A stretch of DNA of 64,000 nt from Candidatus Omnitrophota bacterium. GTDB lineage: Bacteria > Omnitrophota > Omnitrophia > Omnitrophales > JACROU01. This document shows positions 29,698-38,719 of this stretch, piece after piece (position 1 is the first letter of the stretch; every line of letters starts with the position of its first letter). Position numbers and translations under genes: made by a program. The stretch lies in contig JAJDCD010000010.1 in assembly GCA_029261035.1 (NCBI GenBank), positions 142,612 through 206,611 of the forward strand. Direction: 5' to 3'. Under the pieces are notes generated by a model. The model saw only the letters and a program-made list of their open reading frames with translations, made no database searches and was not told the origin of the DNA.

Positions 29698-30792
29698 TTA
29701 AACACTAAAGCGAAAAAACATGATATCACCATCTTTTACTTGGTATTCTTTGCCTTCCAGACGCATAAGCCCCTTCTCTTTAATGCCTTTTTCAGAGCCT
29801 AGTTCGTTTAATGCGGTGTAGTCAAATACCTCAGCCCGAATGAAACCTCTCTCGAAGTCCGTGTGAATTTCTCCAGCGGCCTGAGGCGCTGTCACAAGGT
29901 TTTGTACGGTCCAAGCTCGAACCTCTTGCTTTCCTGCAGTAAAAAAGGTGATTAACCCTAAAAGACTGTAACCCGTGCGAATAAGCTGGTTCAGACCGGA
30001 CTCTTCAAGGCCCATATCTTTCAAAAACTCCACCTTCTCATCTTCTTCCAACTCAGCAAGCTCAGCTTCCACTTTTCCAGACACCACAACCACCTGGGAA
30101 TTCTCTTTTTCCGCCAACTCTCTTACTTGCTGAACCAAAGGCCCACCTTCCGGTAAATCATTTTCATTAACGTTACAGCAGTACAAAACAGGCTTGGATG
30201 TTAAGAGCTGAAGGTCTAATAACACTTTTTTTTCATCCTCAGACAAACCTTGTTTTCTAACAGGAGTTCCATCTTCAAGACTTTCTTTCACTTTAACGCA
30301 AACTTCTTGCTGCGCTTTAGCATCCTTGTCTCCAGTCCGTACTAGTTTTTCATTTCTTTCTACACGCTTAGTCACCGTATCTATGTCTTTAAGACATAGT
30401 TCTGTATCAATAACCTCGATATCCCCGACAGGATCCACCTTGCCTGCAACATGCACAATATCATCATCTTCAAAGCAACGCACCACATGAAGAACAGCAT
30501 CTACCTCTTTAATGTTTCCTAAAAACTGATTTCCTAAACCTTCTCCTCTACTCGCTCCTGCAACTAAGCCTGCAATATCAACAAACTGCATCGAAGTAGG
30601 CGTTATTTTATCGGGTTGGTATATTTCAACTAAACGATCCAATCGCTTATCCGGGACAGAAACAATTCCTACGTTCGGTTCTATGGTACAAAAAGGATAA
30701 TTCGAAGCGCCTGCTCCTGCTTTAGTCAACGAGTTAAAAACAGTCGATTTTCCTACGTTCGGTAATCCTACAATTCCACATTTAAATCCCAC
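29698..30792 (-). CDS. ychF: Redox-regulated ATPase YchF (canonical copy)
   Basis: GIVGLPNVGKST, ASNYPFCTIEPN, DIAGLV, NVNE G4, TGS domain; start revised to GTG at 30792 (AAGGAG SD). Confidence 0.95.
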   Translation of the reverse strand: MGFKCGIVGLPNVGKSTVFNSLTKAGAGASNYPFCTIEPNVGIVSVPDKRLDRLVEIYQPDKITPTSMQFVDIAGLVAGASRGEGLGNQFLGNIKEVDAVLHVVRCFEDDDIVHVAGKVDPVGDIEVIDTELCLKDIDTVTKRVERNEKLVRTGDKDAKAQQEVCVKVKESLEDGTPVRKQGLSEDEKKVLLDLQLLTSKPVLYCCNVNENDLPEGGPLVQQVRELAEKENSQVVVVSGKVEAELAELEEDEKVEFLKDMGLEESGLNQLIRTGYSLLGLITFFTAGKQEVRAWTVQNLVTAPQAAGEIHTDFERGFIRAEVFDYTALNELGSEKGIKEKGLMRLEGKEYQVKDGDIMFFRFSV

Positions 30793-30925
30793 AGAAATCT
30801 CCTTATCAAAATTTAAAAATAAAAAGTATAAAGTAAAAACTATGGACACATCCAAATATTTGGATGTGTTTATTTTTAAATTTTAAATTATGGTTTTTAA
30901 TTTTTACTTTAAAATTTTGAATCTC

Positions 30926-32020
30926 TCACACATTAAATCTAAAGTGAACAACATCCCCATCTTGAATTTCGTAATCTTTTCCTTCTACTTTAAAACAACC
31001 GTTTTCCCTAGCTTTTTGAAGAGATCCCGAATCAATTAAATCCTGACACTTTACAACCTCTACCCGAATGAAGCCTCTTTCCATATCGGAGTGCACATGC
31101 CCCGCAGCCTGAGGAGCCTTCGTTTCTTTAGGAACGGTCCAAGCCCGAACTTCACCATGGTCATGGGTAAAGAAAGTAACCTTATCCAAAAGTTCATAAC
31201 CCATATGCACCACTTTAGCAGGCCCTGATTTTTCAAGTAAAAACTCTTCTATAATTTCTTCCTTTTTCTCCGCATCTTCCATTCGGGACATCTCTTCTTC
31301 AAGAATGCCACATAGATATACAATTCGAGACATATCCTCCTCAGAAAAAGCATTTAACTCTTTTTCCCACTTCCCTCCGCCCGGCAAATCATCTTGGCTT
31401 ACATTAACGCAATATAAATAAGGTTTGATTGTAAATAACTGAATATCTTTTAAGGAGTGTACTTGTTCATGCGTAAGATCCAAATGTCGAATCGGATGAC
31501 CACTTTCCAAAGCATCTTTTAATCCATGCAACAAATCAAAAAGATCTTCATCAAATTTTCCTGAAGCTTTCTTTGCTTCGAGCTTGGCAATGCGTCGCCC
31601 AACGGTTTCACTGTCTTTATGAATCAGTTCATTATTTACGATCCGAATATCGCGCATGGGATCAATGGAACCTAAAAAGTGAACGGCATCTTCACTGTCA
31701 AAAATTCGAACTACATGAAGTAATACATCTACATCTCTAAGGTGAGAAAGAAATTGGTTCCCCATTCCCTCTCCTTTAGAAGCTCCTTCTACCAAACCCG
31801 CCACATCCAAAAATTCCAAATGGGCCCGAACTACGTGTTTCGGATCAATAATCTTAACGATTTTTTCCAGCCGCTCATCCGGGACAGGAACAACCCCTTT
31901 TTTAGGTTGAATCGTAGAAAAAGGAGCAATTGAGATTTCCTCTTTTCCATTAGCTAAAGTATTAAAAATCGTGGTCTTACCTACATTAGGCAACCCCACA
32001 ATTCCACAACGAAAACCCAT
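30926..32020 (-). CDS. ychF: Second, divergent YchF/Obg-like ATPase paralog
   Basis: GIVGLPNVGKTT, DVAGLV.GAS.GEG.GNQFL, EVRAWT, HSDMERGFIR, EGKDY...DGDV..FRFNV. Confidence 0.88.
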   Translation of the reverse strand: MGFRCGIVGLPNVGKTTIFNTLANGKEEISIAPFSTIQPKKGVVPVPDERLEKIVKIIDPKHVVRAHLEFLDVAGLVEGASKGEGMGNQFLSHLRDVDVLLHVVRIFDSEDAVHFLGSIDPMRDIRIVNNELIHKDSETVGRRIAKLEAKKASGKFDEDLFDLLHGLKDALESGHPIRHLDLTHEQVHSLKDIQLFTIKPYLYCVNVSQDDLPGGGKWEKELNAFSEEDMSRIVYLCGILEEEMSRMEDAEKKEEIIEEFLLEKSGPAKVVHMGYELLDKVTFFTHDHGEVRAWTVPKETKAPQAAGHVHSDMERGFIRVEVVKCQDLIDSGSLQKARENGCFKVEGKDYEIQDGDVVHFRFNV

Positions 32021-32150
32021 CGAATCTCCTCGTTAAATTCTATATAAATCGAATACGGAACATAAACAGCCACACAGTTTATCAAGAACGCTGATATTTC
32101 TCAATAGGTCATCCTTTGGATATAAAATATTCATTTTATATATATTTTTA

Positions 32151-32178
32151 TTGACATTAATAAAATTTAAATTACACT
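32151..32178 (+). promoter_or_regulatory. Sigma70-like promoter candidate
   Basis: TTGACA-N16-TACACT upstream of AAGGAG SD and ATG at 32209. Confidence 0.5.
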
Positions 32179-32208
32179 ATCTAAAAATCACCCTTTAAGG
32201 AGAAAACA

Positions 32209-33828
32209 ATGAAAACCTGTTCGATTTTATTCTTTATACTTATTTTACTACTTACAATCGTGAGCGCTCCAACAGAAGCTCTTTCGCAAACACGTTCATG
32301 GAAAAGCATTTCGAGCTCTATTCCTGAAAATCAATTCCGTTCCATTTATCTTGTAAATACTCATCCGGAAATCATTTTTCTTATTTCCTCACAGCATATT
32401 TACAAAACAGAAAGTCATGGAAAAGAATGGAAGCATATTTTTGACTTACCTCTTTCTCCAGATATAAAAATCAACCAACTCCTCTCTTCTCCCTATGACT
32501 CAAATAGGATTTACATTACAACATCAGAAGGACTTTATATTAGCAAAGACTTAGGAACTCGATTTAAACTCAGCTTCACTTCTCTAAACGAAAAAGAAAA
32601 AAATTGTTTCGCAATCGCTTTTGATCCAAACAAAAAAAATACGATTTATCTAGGCACTGAAGCCGGACTCTTTACATCTGAAAATCTTGGTGAAGATTGG
32701 AAAAAAAATAATCTCTCCTTAACAAATGAATTGATAAAAAAAATAATCCCTTTAAATAATGGGATCGCCTCATTCATAATCATGACCGACAAGGGGCTCT
32801 ATCATTACAATCAACAAAATGAAAGTTTTAAAACTCTATTTAAATCAAATAGCTTTTCAAGAGAAGAAGCCGTTGACGAAGAAATTTTTCTCTCTAACCT
32901 TATAGAAGATGTCGCACTGATTGATAAGAATATCCTGCTAGCAACACGACAAGGCTTACTGATCAGCAATGATGAAGGATTAACATGGTCGTCCTTTCCT
33001 TCTTTTGGACTACAATCTCAAGAAATAAAAGCGATTGTTTCCGTTACCCCGGATCTCATCTTTGCTTCTACCTCATCGGGTGTTTATCAATACACTAATC
33101 AAAAAAAACGTTGGGAGCTTTTAAATTTAGGACTTCACGAAAACGAAACTACAGACCTTGTTTATCACCCGCTAGACAATGGATCTTTATTTACAGTGAC
33201 TCCAACAGGTGCTTTTACCTTGTCTCATATGAACCCTGTTTACAGTCCTGAAATTCGAATCCAATCGCCCTTTAACATGCAGCAAAATAAACTTAACGAA
33301 TACTTACAAAAAGAACCCAGCATTCAAAACATTCAAGAAGCTTCTGTCCTCTATAGTGATCTAAGTGATCAAAAAATAAAACGCTGGCATCAACAGTCCC
33401 GTTTGAAACACTTACTTCCAACGCTATCCGGAGGAATTGATCAAAATGCCTCTAAGAATGTAAATCTAGATCGAGGGAGCACAAATCAACCAGATGTCTT
33501 TATTTTGGGGCCAGATGAAAAATCTTGGGGGTGGGACATTAATGTGAGTTGGGACTTATCTGATTTCATATGGAGCTCGAGCCAGACCTCGATTGATTCC
33601 CGTAGTAAACTTATGGTCGATCTTAGAAATGAAATTTTAACAAACTTAACTCGAATTTATTTTGAGCGCAGAAGATTAATTGCAGATTTCTTTCTAAAAG
33701 AAACACAAAACCCTATTGAATTATCCCTTAAATTAGAAGAACTCACAGCACTTATCGATGCTTACACAGGGGGCTACTTAAGCAACCATCTCGCAGAAAA
33801 AAAGATTACCCCTCCGTGGAAAGAGTAA
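32209..33828 (+). CDS. Secreted beta-propeller (BNR/Asp-box) protein with a C-terminal TolC/OEP-like segment
   Basis: Signal peptide; Asp-box repeats SKDLGTRF, SENLGEDW, SNDEGLTW; C-terminal LLPTL...WDINVSWDL...RIYFERRRL pattern. Confidence 0.7.
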   Translation: MKTCSILFFILILLLTIVSAPTEALSQTRSWKSISSSIPENQFRSIYLVNTHPEIIFLISSQHIYKTESHGKEWKHIFDLPLSPDIKINQLLSSPYDSNRIYITTSEGLYISKDLGTRFKLSFTSLNEKEKNCFAIAFDPNKKNTIYLGTEAGLFTSENLGEDWKKNNLSLTNELIKKIIPLNNGIASFIIMTDKGLYHYNQQNESFKTLFKSNSFSREEAVDEEIFLSNLIEDVALIDKNILLATRQGLLISNDEGLTWSSFPSFGLQSQEIKAIVSVTPDLIFASTSSGVYQYTNQKKRWELLNLGLHENETTDLVYHPLDNGSLFTVTPTGAFTLSHMNPVYSPEIRIQSPFNMQQNKLNEYLQKEPSIQNIQEASVLYSDLSDQKIKRWHQQSRLKHLLPTLSGGIDQNASKNVNLDRGSTNQPDVFILGPDEKSWGWDINVSWDLSDFIWSSSQTSIDSRSKLMVDLRNEILTNLTRIYFERRRLIADFFLKETQNPIELSLKLEELTALIDAYTGGYLSNHLAEKKITPPWKE

Positions 33829-33860
33829 AAAAGGCTCCTAATCGTATTCATCTTGAGGCT

Positions 33861-34925
33861 TTATCCTTTTTGTTCTCTGTGTCTTTGTAGGCGAAGTTGA
33901 CCACAGGCGGCATCAATATCAGCTCCGGAACTGATGCGTAATGTATTTCTAATTTTTTTCTTATCTAAAATCTCTCTAAATCTTCGCATAACTGCTAAGG
34001 AAGACCTTTCGAATGAAGCATCTGGAATTGGATTATAAGCAATTAGATTTACTTTTGCGCCTACATCATTAGCCATTTTAGAAAGCTCGACGGCATCTTC
34101 AGGCCGATCATTAATTCCTTTCAATAAAGTGTATTCAAACGTGTATTCTCTTCCATAGCGTCCTTTTTCATTACGAAGCACGTCCATCAACTCCGTTAAA
34201 TCATACTTTCTATTAATAGGAACAATTTCCCGTCTCACATCATCAAAAGGAGAATGAACAGAAATAGATAACCGTATTTGGCGTAATTTTTCTTGAGAAA
34301 ATTTTTTAATTGCAGGAACCAAGCCAACTGTTGAAACAGTTATCTTTCTAGCTCCAATATGAAAACCCCAATCCGAATTAAAAATTTCAATCGACTTCAT
34401 TACTGCATCAAAGTTTTCCAAAGGCTCACCCATCCCCATATAGACAATGTTATCAACTCTTTCTCCCGTAATTTGTTTCAATAAAAATAGCTGGCTAACA
34501 ATCTCAGTAGCTTTTAAGTTACGAATAAACCCCTCTTTCGAACTCGCACAAAAAGAACAGTTCATTTTACAGCCCAACTGAGACGAGACACAAATCGTAT
34601 GTCTTCCGTTTTTTCGAATAAGCACTGTTTCTAAAAAATAACCATCTTTAGATCGGAATAAACATTTGATTGAATCATCCGAAGAAAACTTCGATTCCAC
34701 AAATTCGATATTCGATATCGTAGTTCCCTCTTCTAATTTTTGTTTGAATGATTTTGGGAAGTTCTTAACTTCATCCCAAGAAGAGATGTTTTGATGATAA
34801 AGCCAGTTAGCAAGTTGCTTACCTCGATAAGCTGGCTCATCAAAAGATAAGGCTAACTCTTGTAGCTCTTTCTGAGTTAGCCCTAAAAGACATTTTTTTG
34901 TATTTTGAAGATTGGCTTCGATCAT
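33861..34925 (-). CDS. rlmN: 23S rRNA (adenine2503-C2)-methyltransferase
   Basis: CVSSQLGCKMNCSFC, MGMGEP, ITVSTVG, DIDAACGQL. Confidence 0.96.
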   Translation of the reverse strand: MIEANLQNTKKCLLGLTQKELQELALSFDEPAYRGKQLANWLYHQNISSWDEVKNFPKSFKQKLEEGTTISNIEFVESKFSSDDSIKCLFRSKDGYFLETVLIRKNGRHTICVSSQLGCKMNCSFCASSKEGFIRNLKATEIVSQLFLLKQITGERVDNIVYMGMGEPLENFDAVMKSIEIFNSDWGFHIGARKITVSTVGLVPAIKKFSQEKLRQIRLSISVHSPFDDVRREIVPINRKYDLTELMDVLRNEKGRYGREYTFEYTLLKGINDRPEDAVELSKMANDVGAKVNLIAYNPIPDASFERSSLAVMRRFREILDKKKIRNTLRISSGADIDAACGQLRLQRHREQKG

Positions 34926-34955
34926 TTTAAATACTAATTTAAAAAACCTTTCTTA

Positions 34956-35345
34956 CTAAAATTTTCTTTCATGCTCCGTAACAGGCAGAGGATCTACTTC
35001 CCCCTTCAAACTCCCTTTAATGGGTTTGTCTCCGGTCCCCAACTGATCAAACCAACTACCCATACGATCAAAAGTAGAATAAAAGAACTCTGAAACACTT
35101 TTTGTAATTCCAAGAAACTTATTCTCTTCCTTCTGCTCTACTTTGATAGCATCCTTTGCAGCTTCAGGAACCACTTTAAGACCAGAAACAACTGATTTAC
35201 TTAAATTACTAGGAACATCTTTAATCATTTTTTCTGTATTGTCTGTTCTCGGCTCATATTGAGTATCCGCAAAACCAATTTGCGGAACAGCCATTATGAT
35301 GAGTATCAAAACAAGTTTTGCAATCAACGGTCTATTAAACTTCAT
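34956..35345 (-). CDS. Hypothetical secreted protein
   Basis: Signal peptide ending GFA; GGGGGAG SD; no recognisable family. Confidence 0.7.
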   Translation of the reverse strand: MKFNRPLIAKLVLILIIMAVPQIGFADTQYEPRTDNTEKMIKDVPSNLSKSVVSGLKVVPEAAKDAIKVEQKEENKFLGITKSVSEFFYSTFDRMGSWFDQLGTGDKPIKGSLKGEVDPLPVTEHERKF

Positions 35346-35360
35346 AACTCCCCCTTAACA

Positions 35361-35948
35361 TTAATGTTTTAAAACAACTTTCAATAAAACAAATCCACCA
35401 ATCAGTAGTAAAACAAACAAGATGGTAAAAAGACCAAAATACTTCTGTATCCATACTTTCACGGTAGGCCCAAACAAACGCAACAACAAAGCTACAATAA
35501 AAAATCGAGCCCCACGACTTGTAATCGAGGCTAATAAAAAAACTGAAAAATCAACTGTACACACACCCGCAGCTATCGTGAAAATTTTATACGGTATCGG
35601 AGTAAAGCCAGCTGTAAAAATAGCCCAAAAGTTATACTCTCTAAACAAATCACGAACTCTTTCAAATACATCTTGATGAAAAACATAGGCAAAGAAGAAA
35701 TCGTCCACCAGCACCCACATTTGCCATCCAATCAAATAACCAAGCATACCCCCTAAAACAGACCCTGCTAAACAAATTAAGGCGTCCGTCCACCATTGTT
35801 TAGGGCAGATTAAAATAAGAGCCATAAGTAAAATGTCCGGAGGGACAGGAAAAACAGAGGCTTCAATAAAAGCCACAAAGAAAAGTGCCCAGCGAGAGTA
35901 AGGAGATTCTGAAAAATGCAGAACCCACCCTTTTAATTGTTGAAACAA
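35361..35948 (-). CDS. YqaA/DedA (VTT domain) membrane protein
   Basis: FIEASVFPVPPD, GSVLGG..GY.IG, GFTPIPYKIFTIAAG, SRGARFF. Confidence 0.9.
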   Translation of the reverse strand: MFQQLKGWVLHFSESPYSRWALFFVAFIEASVFPVPPDILLMALILICPKQWWTDALICLAGSVLGGMLGYLIGWQMWVLVDDFFFAYVFHQDVFERVRDLFREYNFWAIFTAGFTPIPYKIFTIAAGVCTVDFSVFLLASITSRGARFFIVALLLRLFGPTVKVWIQKYFGLFTILFVLLLIGGFVLLKVVLKH

Positions 35949-36005
35949 AAACGCCTCCTTTTTTAAAGATTATATCAGAAACCCGAGAAGAGAGTTGGTA
36001 GAATC

Positions 36006-36389
36006 TTATGAAGATATATTTAAACACTCTCGAATAGAATCAATAAGCTCCGATGTATCGAAAGGCTTATAAAACACTTTTTGAACGCCTAACTCTTGGC
36101 ATTGCTCTGCCACATTCGTTGTATACTTACTTAAAGCCGTAATAATAAAAATAGGCAGCGCTTTGGTTTTATCATTATCCCTTAGTTTTTTTGTCACTTT
36201 ATACCCATTTAATCTTGGCATTTTAATATCCATCAACACCAGATCCGGAGTTTCCCGCTCCACTTGCTCCAAAGCTTCTATTCCATCTAAAGCTGTAACC
36301 ACAATAAAATTATTAATCTCCAACCTTAGCTTAAGCAACTCCACAATATCAATTTCGTCATCTACAATTAATATTTTAACATTCTCCAT
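36006..36389 (-). CDS. Single-domain response regulator (CheY-like)
   Basis: ILIVDDE, DLVLMDIKMP, ITA, KPF. Confidence 0.93.
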   Translation of the reverse strand: MENVKILIVDDEIDIVELLKLRLEINNFIVVTALDGIEALEQVERETPDLVLMDIKMPRLNGYKVTKKLRDNDKTKALPIFIITALSKYTTNVAEQCQELGVQKVFYKPFDTSELIDSIRECLNISS

Positions 36390-36406
36390 GATGCCACCTT
36401 CTTCTC

Positions 36407-38485
36407 TTAGGGTTGAAACTGAGACAAAGCTTCTTGCTCAATTCCTAAAAACTGTAATAACTTTTCTTTTGTCTCACCTTGCTTCAAATAGACTGCCTTA
36501 ACAATATGATACCTTAAATCAAACTCTTTGTGACCAAGAAAGAAACTAGAGTTTTTAAGGGTTGTGTCCACCTTCTTAACTTCTTCGTCGATATTTTTCT
36601 GATATGCATTCTTTAATATGAGTACAAAACCTTTTTCCGAATCCGCTACAACATGAGAATCTTTTTGAGTAGCCCCTACCACAAGCTCCATAAATTGGTC
36701 AAATAATTCTTTCACCTGTTTATGCTTTGCATCCATTTTCAAAAAGCCAAAACCTAATATTTTATAAAGAATAAAAGAAACATCCTTGTCCTGAATTTCG
36801 GCGTTTTCAACCATTGTCTGAAACACATCTTCAATATATTTTTCTGTCGAAAAAATAGGCAAAGTAAAAGTAAACTTGCTACCTCTCCCCAATTCACTTT
36901 CAGCCCAAACCTTACCTCCATGATGCTGAACAATTTCCTGACAAATAGGCAGACCCAAACCCGTTCCGTGATACCCCGGACCAACCTCTCTTCCAATCTG
37001 ATGAAACTTATTAAAGATATCTCCAATTTCTTCTTTGGCCATACCTTTTCCTGTGTCCACAACAGAAACATGAACACTATCTTCATTAGGAACTTGAAAA
37101 GCTCCTACAGCAATCATTCCATCTTCCGCAGTAAATTTGATTGCATTCCCAATCAGATTAAACAAAACTTGCGAAACCCGGTATTCATCTGCATACACGC
37201 GAGGCAAGTTCTTTCCAAAAGATGTTTCAATACGTATTTTTCTTTTTAACGCCATCGTCTGCATCGAATCTACGGTTTCTTTGATAATCTGAGACAAATC
37301 CACAGCTTTCCTTTGCAACTCAAGCTTCCCCACTTCAAGCTGAGATAAATCTAGAATGTCATGAATCAAACCGCTCAATCTATTTACATTTTTTTGAACA
37401 ATCTCCATAAATTTATCTTGTTTTTTGTTAAGAGATCCCAAAGCCTTCTCCTGAACCAAAGAAACCCCTTCGCGAATTGAAGTCAAAGGGGTTCTGATTT
37501 CATGACTCACAGTTGAAATAAATTCTGATTTCATTTGATCCAATTGCTGTAGGTTAATATTTGCTTTTTCAAGCTCCGCAGCTGTTTTAAGTAACTCTTC
37601 TTGTTTTCTTAATAATTTTTTATTCAGAGTCTCTAACTCATCTTTTCTGTGCTCAAGTTCTTTTCCCTGAAGCCTTAAACGTTTATTCACTTCTTCTATA
37701 TTATGCATCAAACGAAACAAAGATTCTTTCGTTTGTTCTAATTCATCATTTTTTGATTGTAGTTCTTTGCGCCTATCTTCAGATAGCTCTAATAACCGCC
37801 TCATCTCTTTTGATTGTTTTTCCATCATTTGGTTCGAGGATTGTAAGTCTTTCCTCTTTTGATTAAGTCTAAAAATAATCAAACTTAAAAACAGAGCCCC
37901 AATAGCGTAAAGAGTTAGCATGCTAACCATATGAGCTATAAGGTGAGGAAGTTGATCATTTGGAGTTAGACTACTAAAAAAAGATTCTTTCATAGAAAAC
38001 TTTCCGCTCACCTCCAACAAAACCAACGAGAGAAAAATAAGAACATCCATGATGGCAACAATCACGCCACGAACGGGCGAAAGAAAGATAATAAGTTCTG
38101 ATATGGTTAAAAAATAAAGCCAATGAGCAGGACTAACAATACCTCCAGAAAAATAAATCACTAGAGATTCTGCGAGTGTTACAAAACAAACATAAAACCA
38201 GAGCAAGGGTTTAATGGCTTGCTTGTCTTTCCAAAGATAAGCAAGAAACAAAATGGCAAGAGTAATCCCAACAGAGAAACCACCTAAAGATGAGAACTGG
38301 AAAACAGGAAAATAAAATCCAAGCTCCCATAAACCCCATCCCCCTAGCAGACAAACAGGAACCAACGCCAAAGTGGTATAGCATAGTATACGGGTTGCAT
38401 GAAAGTAGTCATACAAACTCACTTTTTCCTTAGCATCCATAATTTTAGTCAACTTAAGCCTTACTTTCATTGCTCTTCCTCGCAT
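36407..38485 (-). CDS. Membrane sensor histidine kinase
   Basis: About six TM helices, coiled coil, SHEIRTPL, NLIGNAIKF, DTGKG, GTGLGL, GSKFTF; extra ~145-aa C-terminal domain. Confidence 0.94.
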   Translation of the reverse strand: MRGRAMKVRLKLTKIMDAKEKVSLYDYFHATRILCYTTLALVPVCLLGGWGLWELGFYFPVFQFSSLGGFSVGITLAILFLAYLWKDKQAIKPLLWFYVCFVTLAESLVIYFSGGIVSPAHWLYFLTISELIIFLSPVRGVIVAIMDVLIFLSLVLLEVSGKFSMKESFFSSLTPNDQLPHLIAHMVSMLTLYAIGALFLSLIIFRLNQKRKDLQSSNQMMEKQSKEMRRLLELSEDRRKELQSKNDELEQTKESLFRLMHNIEEVNKRLRLQGKELEHRKDELETLNKKLLRKQEELLKTAAELEKANINLQQLDQMKSEFISTVSHEIRTPLTSIREGVSLVQEKALGSLNKKQDKFMEIVQKNVNRLSGLIHDILDLSQLEVGKLELQRKAVDLSQIIKETVDSMQTMALKRKIRIETSFGKNLPRVYADEYRVSQVLFNLIGNAIKFTAEDGMIAVGAFQVPNEDSVHVSVVDTGKGMAKEEIGDIFNKFHQIGREVGPGYHGTGLGLPICQEIVQHHGGKVWAESELGRGSKFTFTLPIFSTEKYIEDVFQTMVENAEIQDKDVSFILYKILGFGFLKMDAKHKQVKELFDQFMELVVGATQKDSHVVADSEKGFVLILKNAYQKNIDEEVKKVDTTLKNSSFFLGHKEFDLRYHIVKAVYLKQGETKEKLLQFLGIEQEALSQFQP

Positions 38486-38719
38486 TTAATACCCCACTGT
38501 ATTAAAAACAATTCGAGCTCCCCTTCAAATAACACCTAACTGGTTCTTATTATTAAGTTTACCTCCTAAATGCCAATAGCACAAATCGCTGCAAATAAGG
38601 ATAGATTGATTGTAAGTCTATATTTTGTAGTAAGTTATAACTAGATTTAAAAGAAGAAAATCAGAAAAAAACATTCAAACAAGATCCGTTTCTTTGAAAA
38701 TGCCCAGAGGAAATCTATT

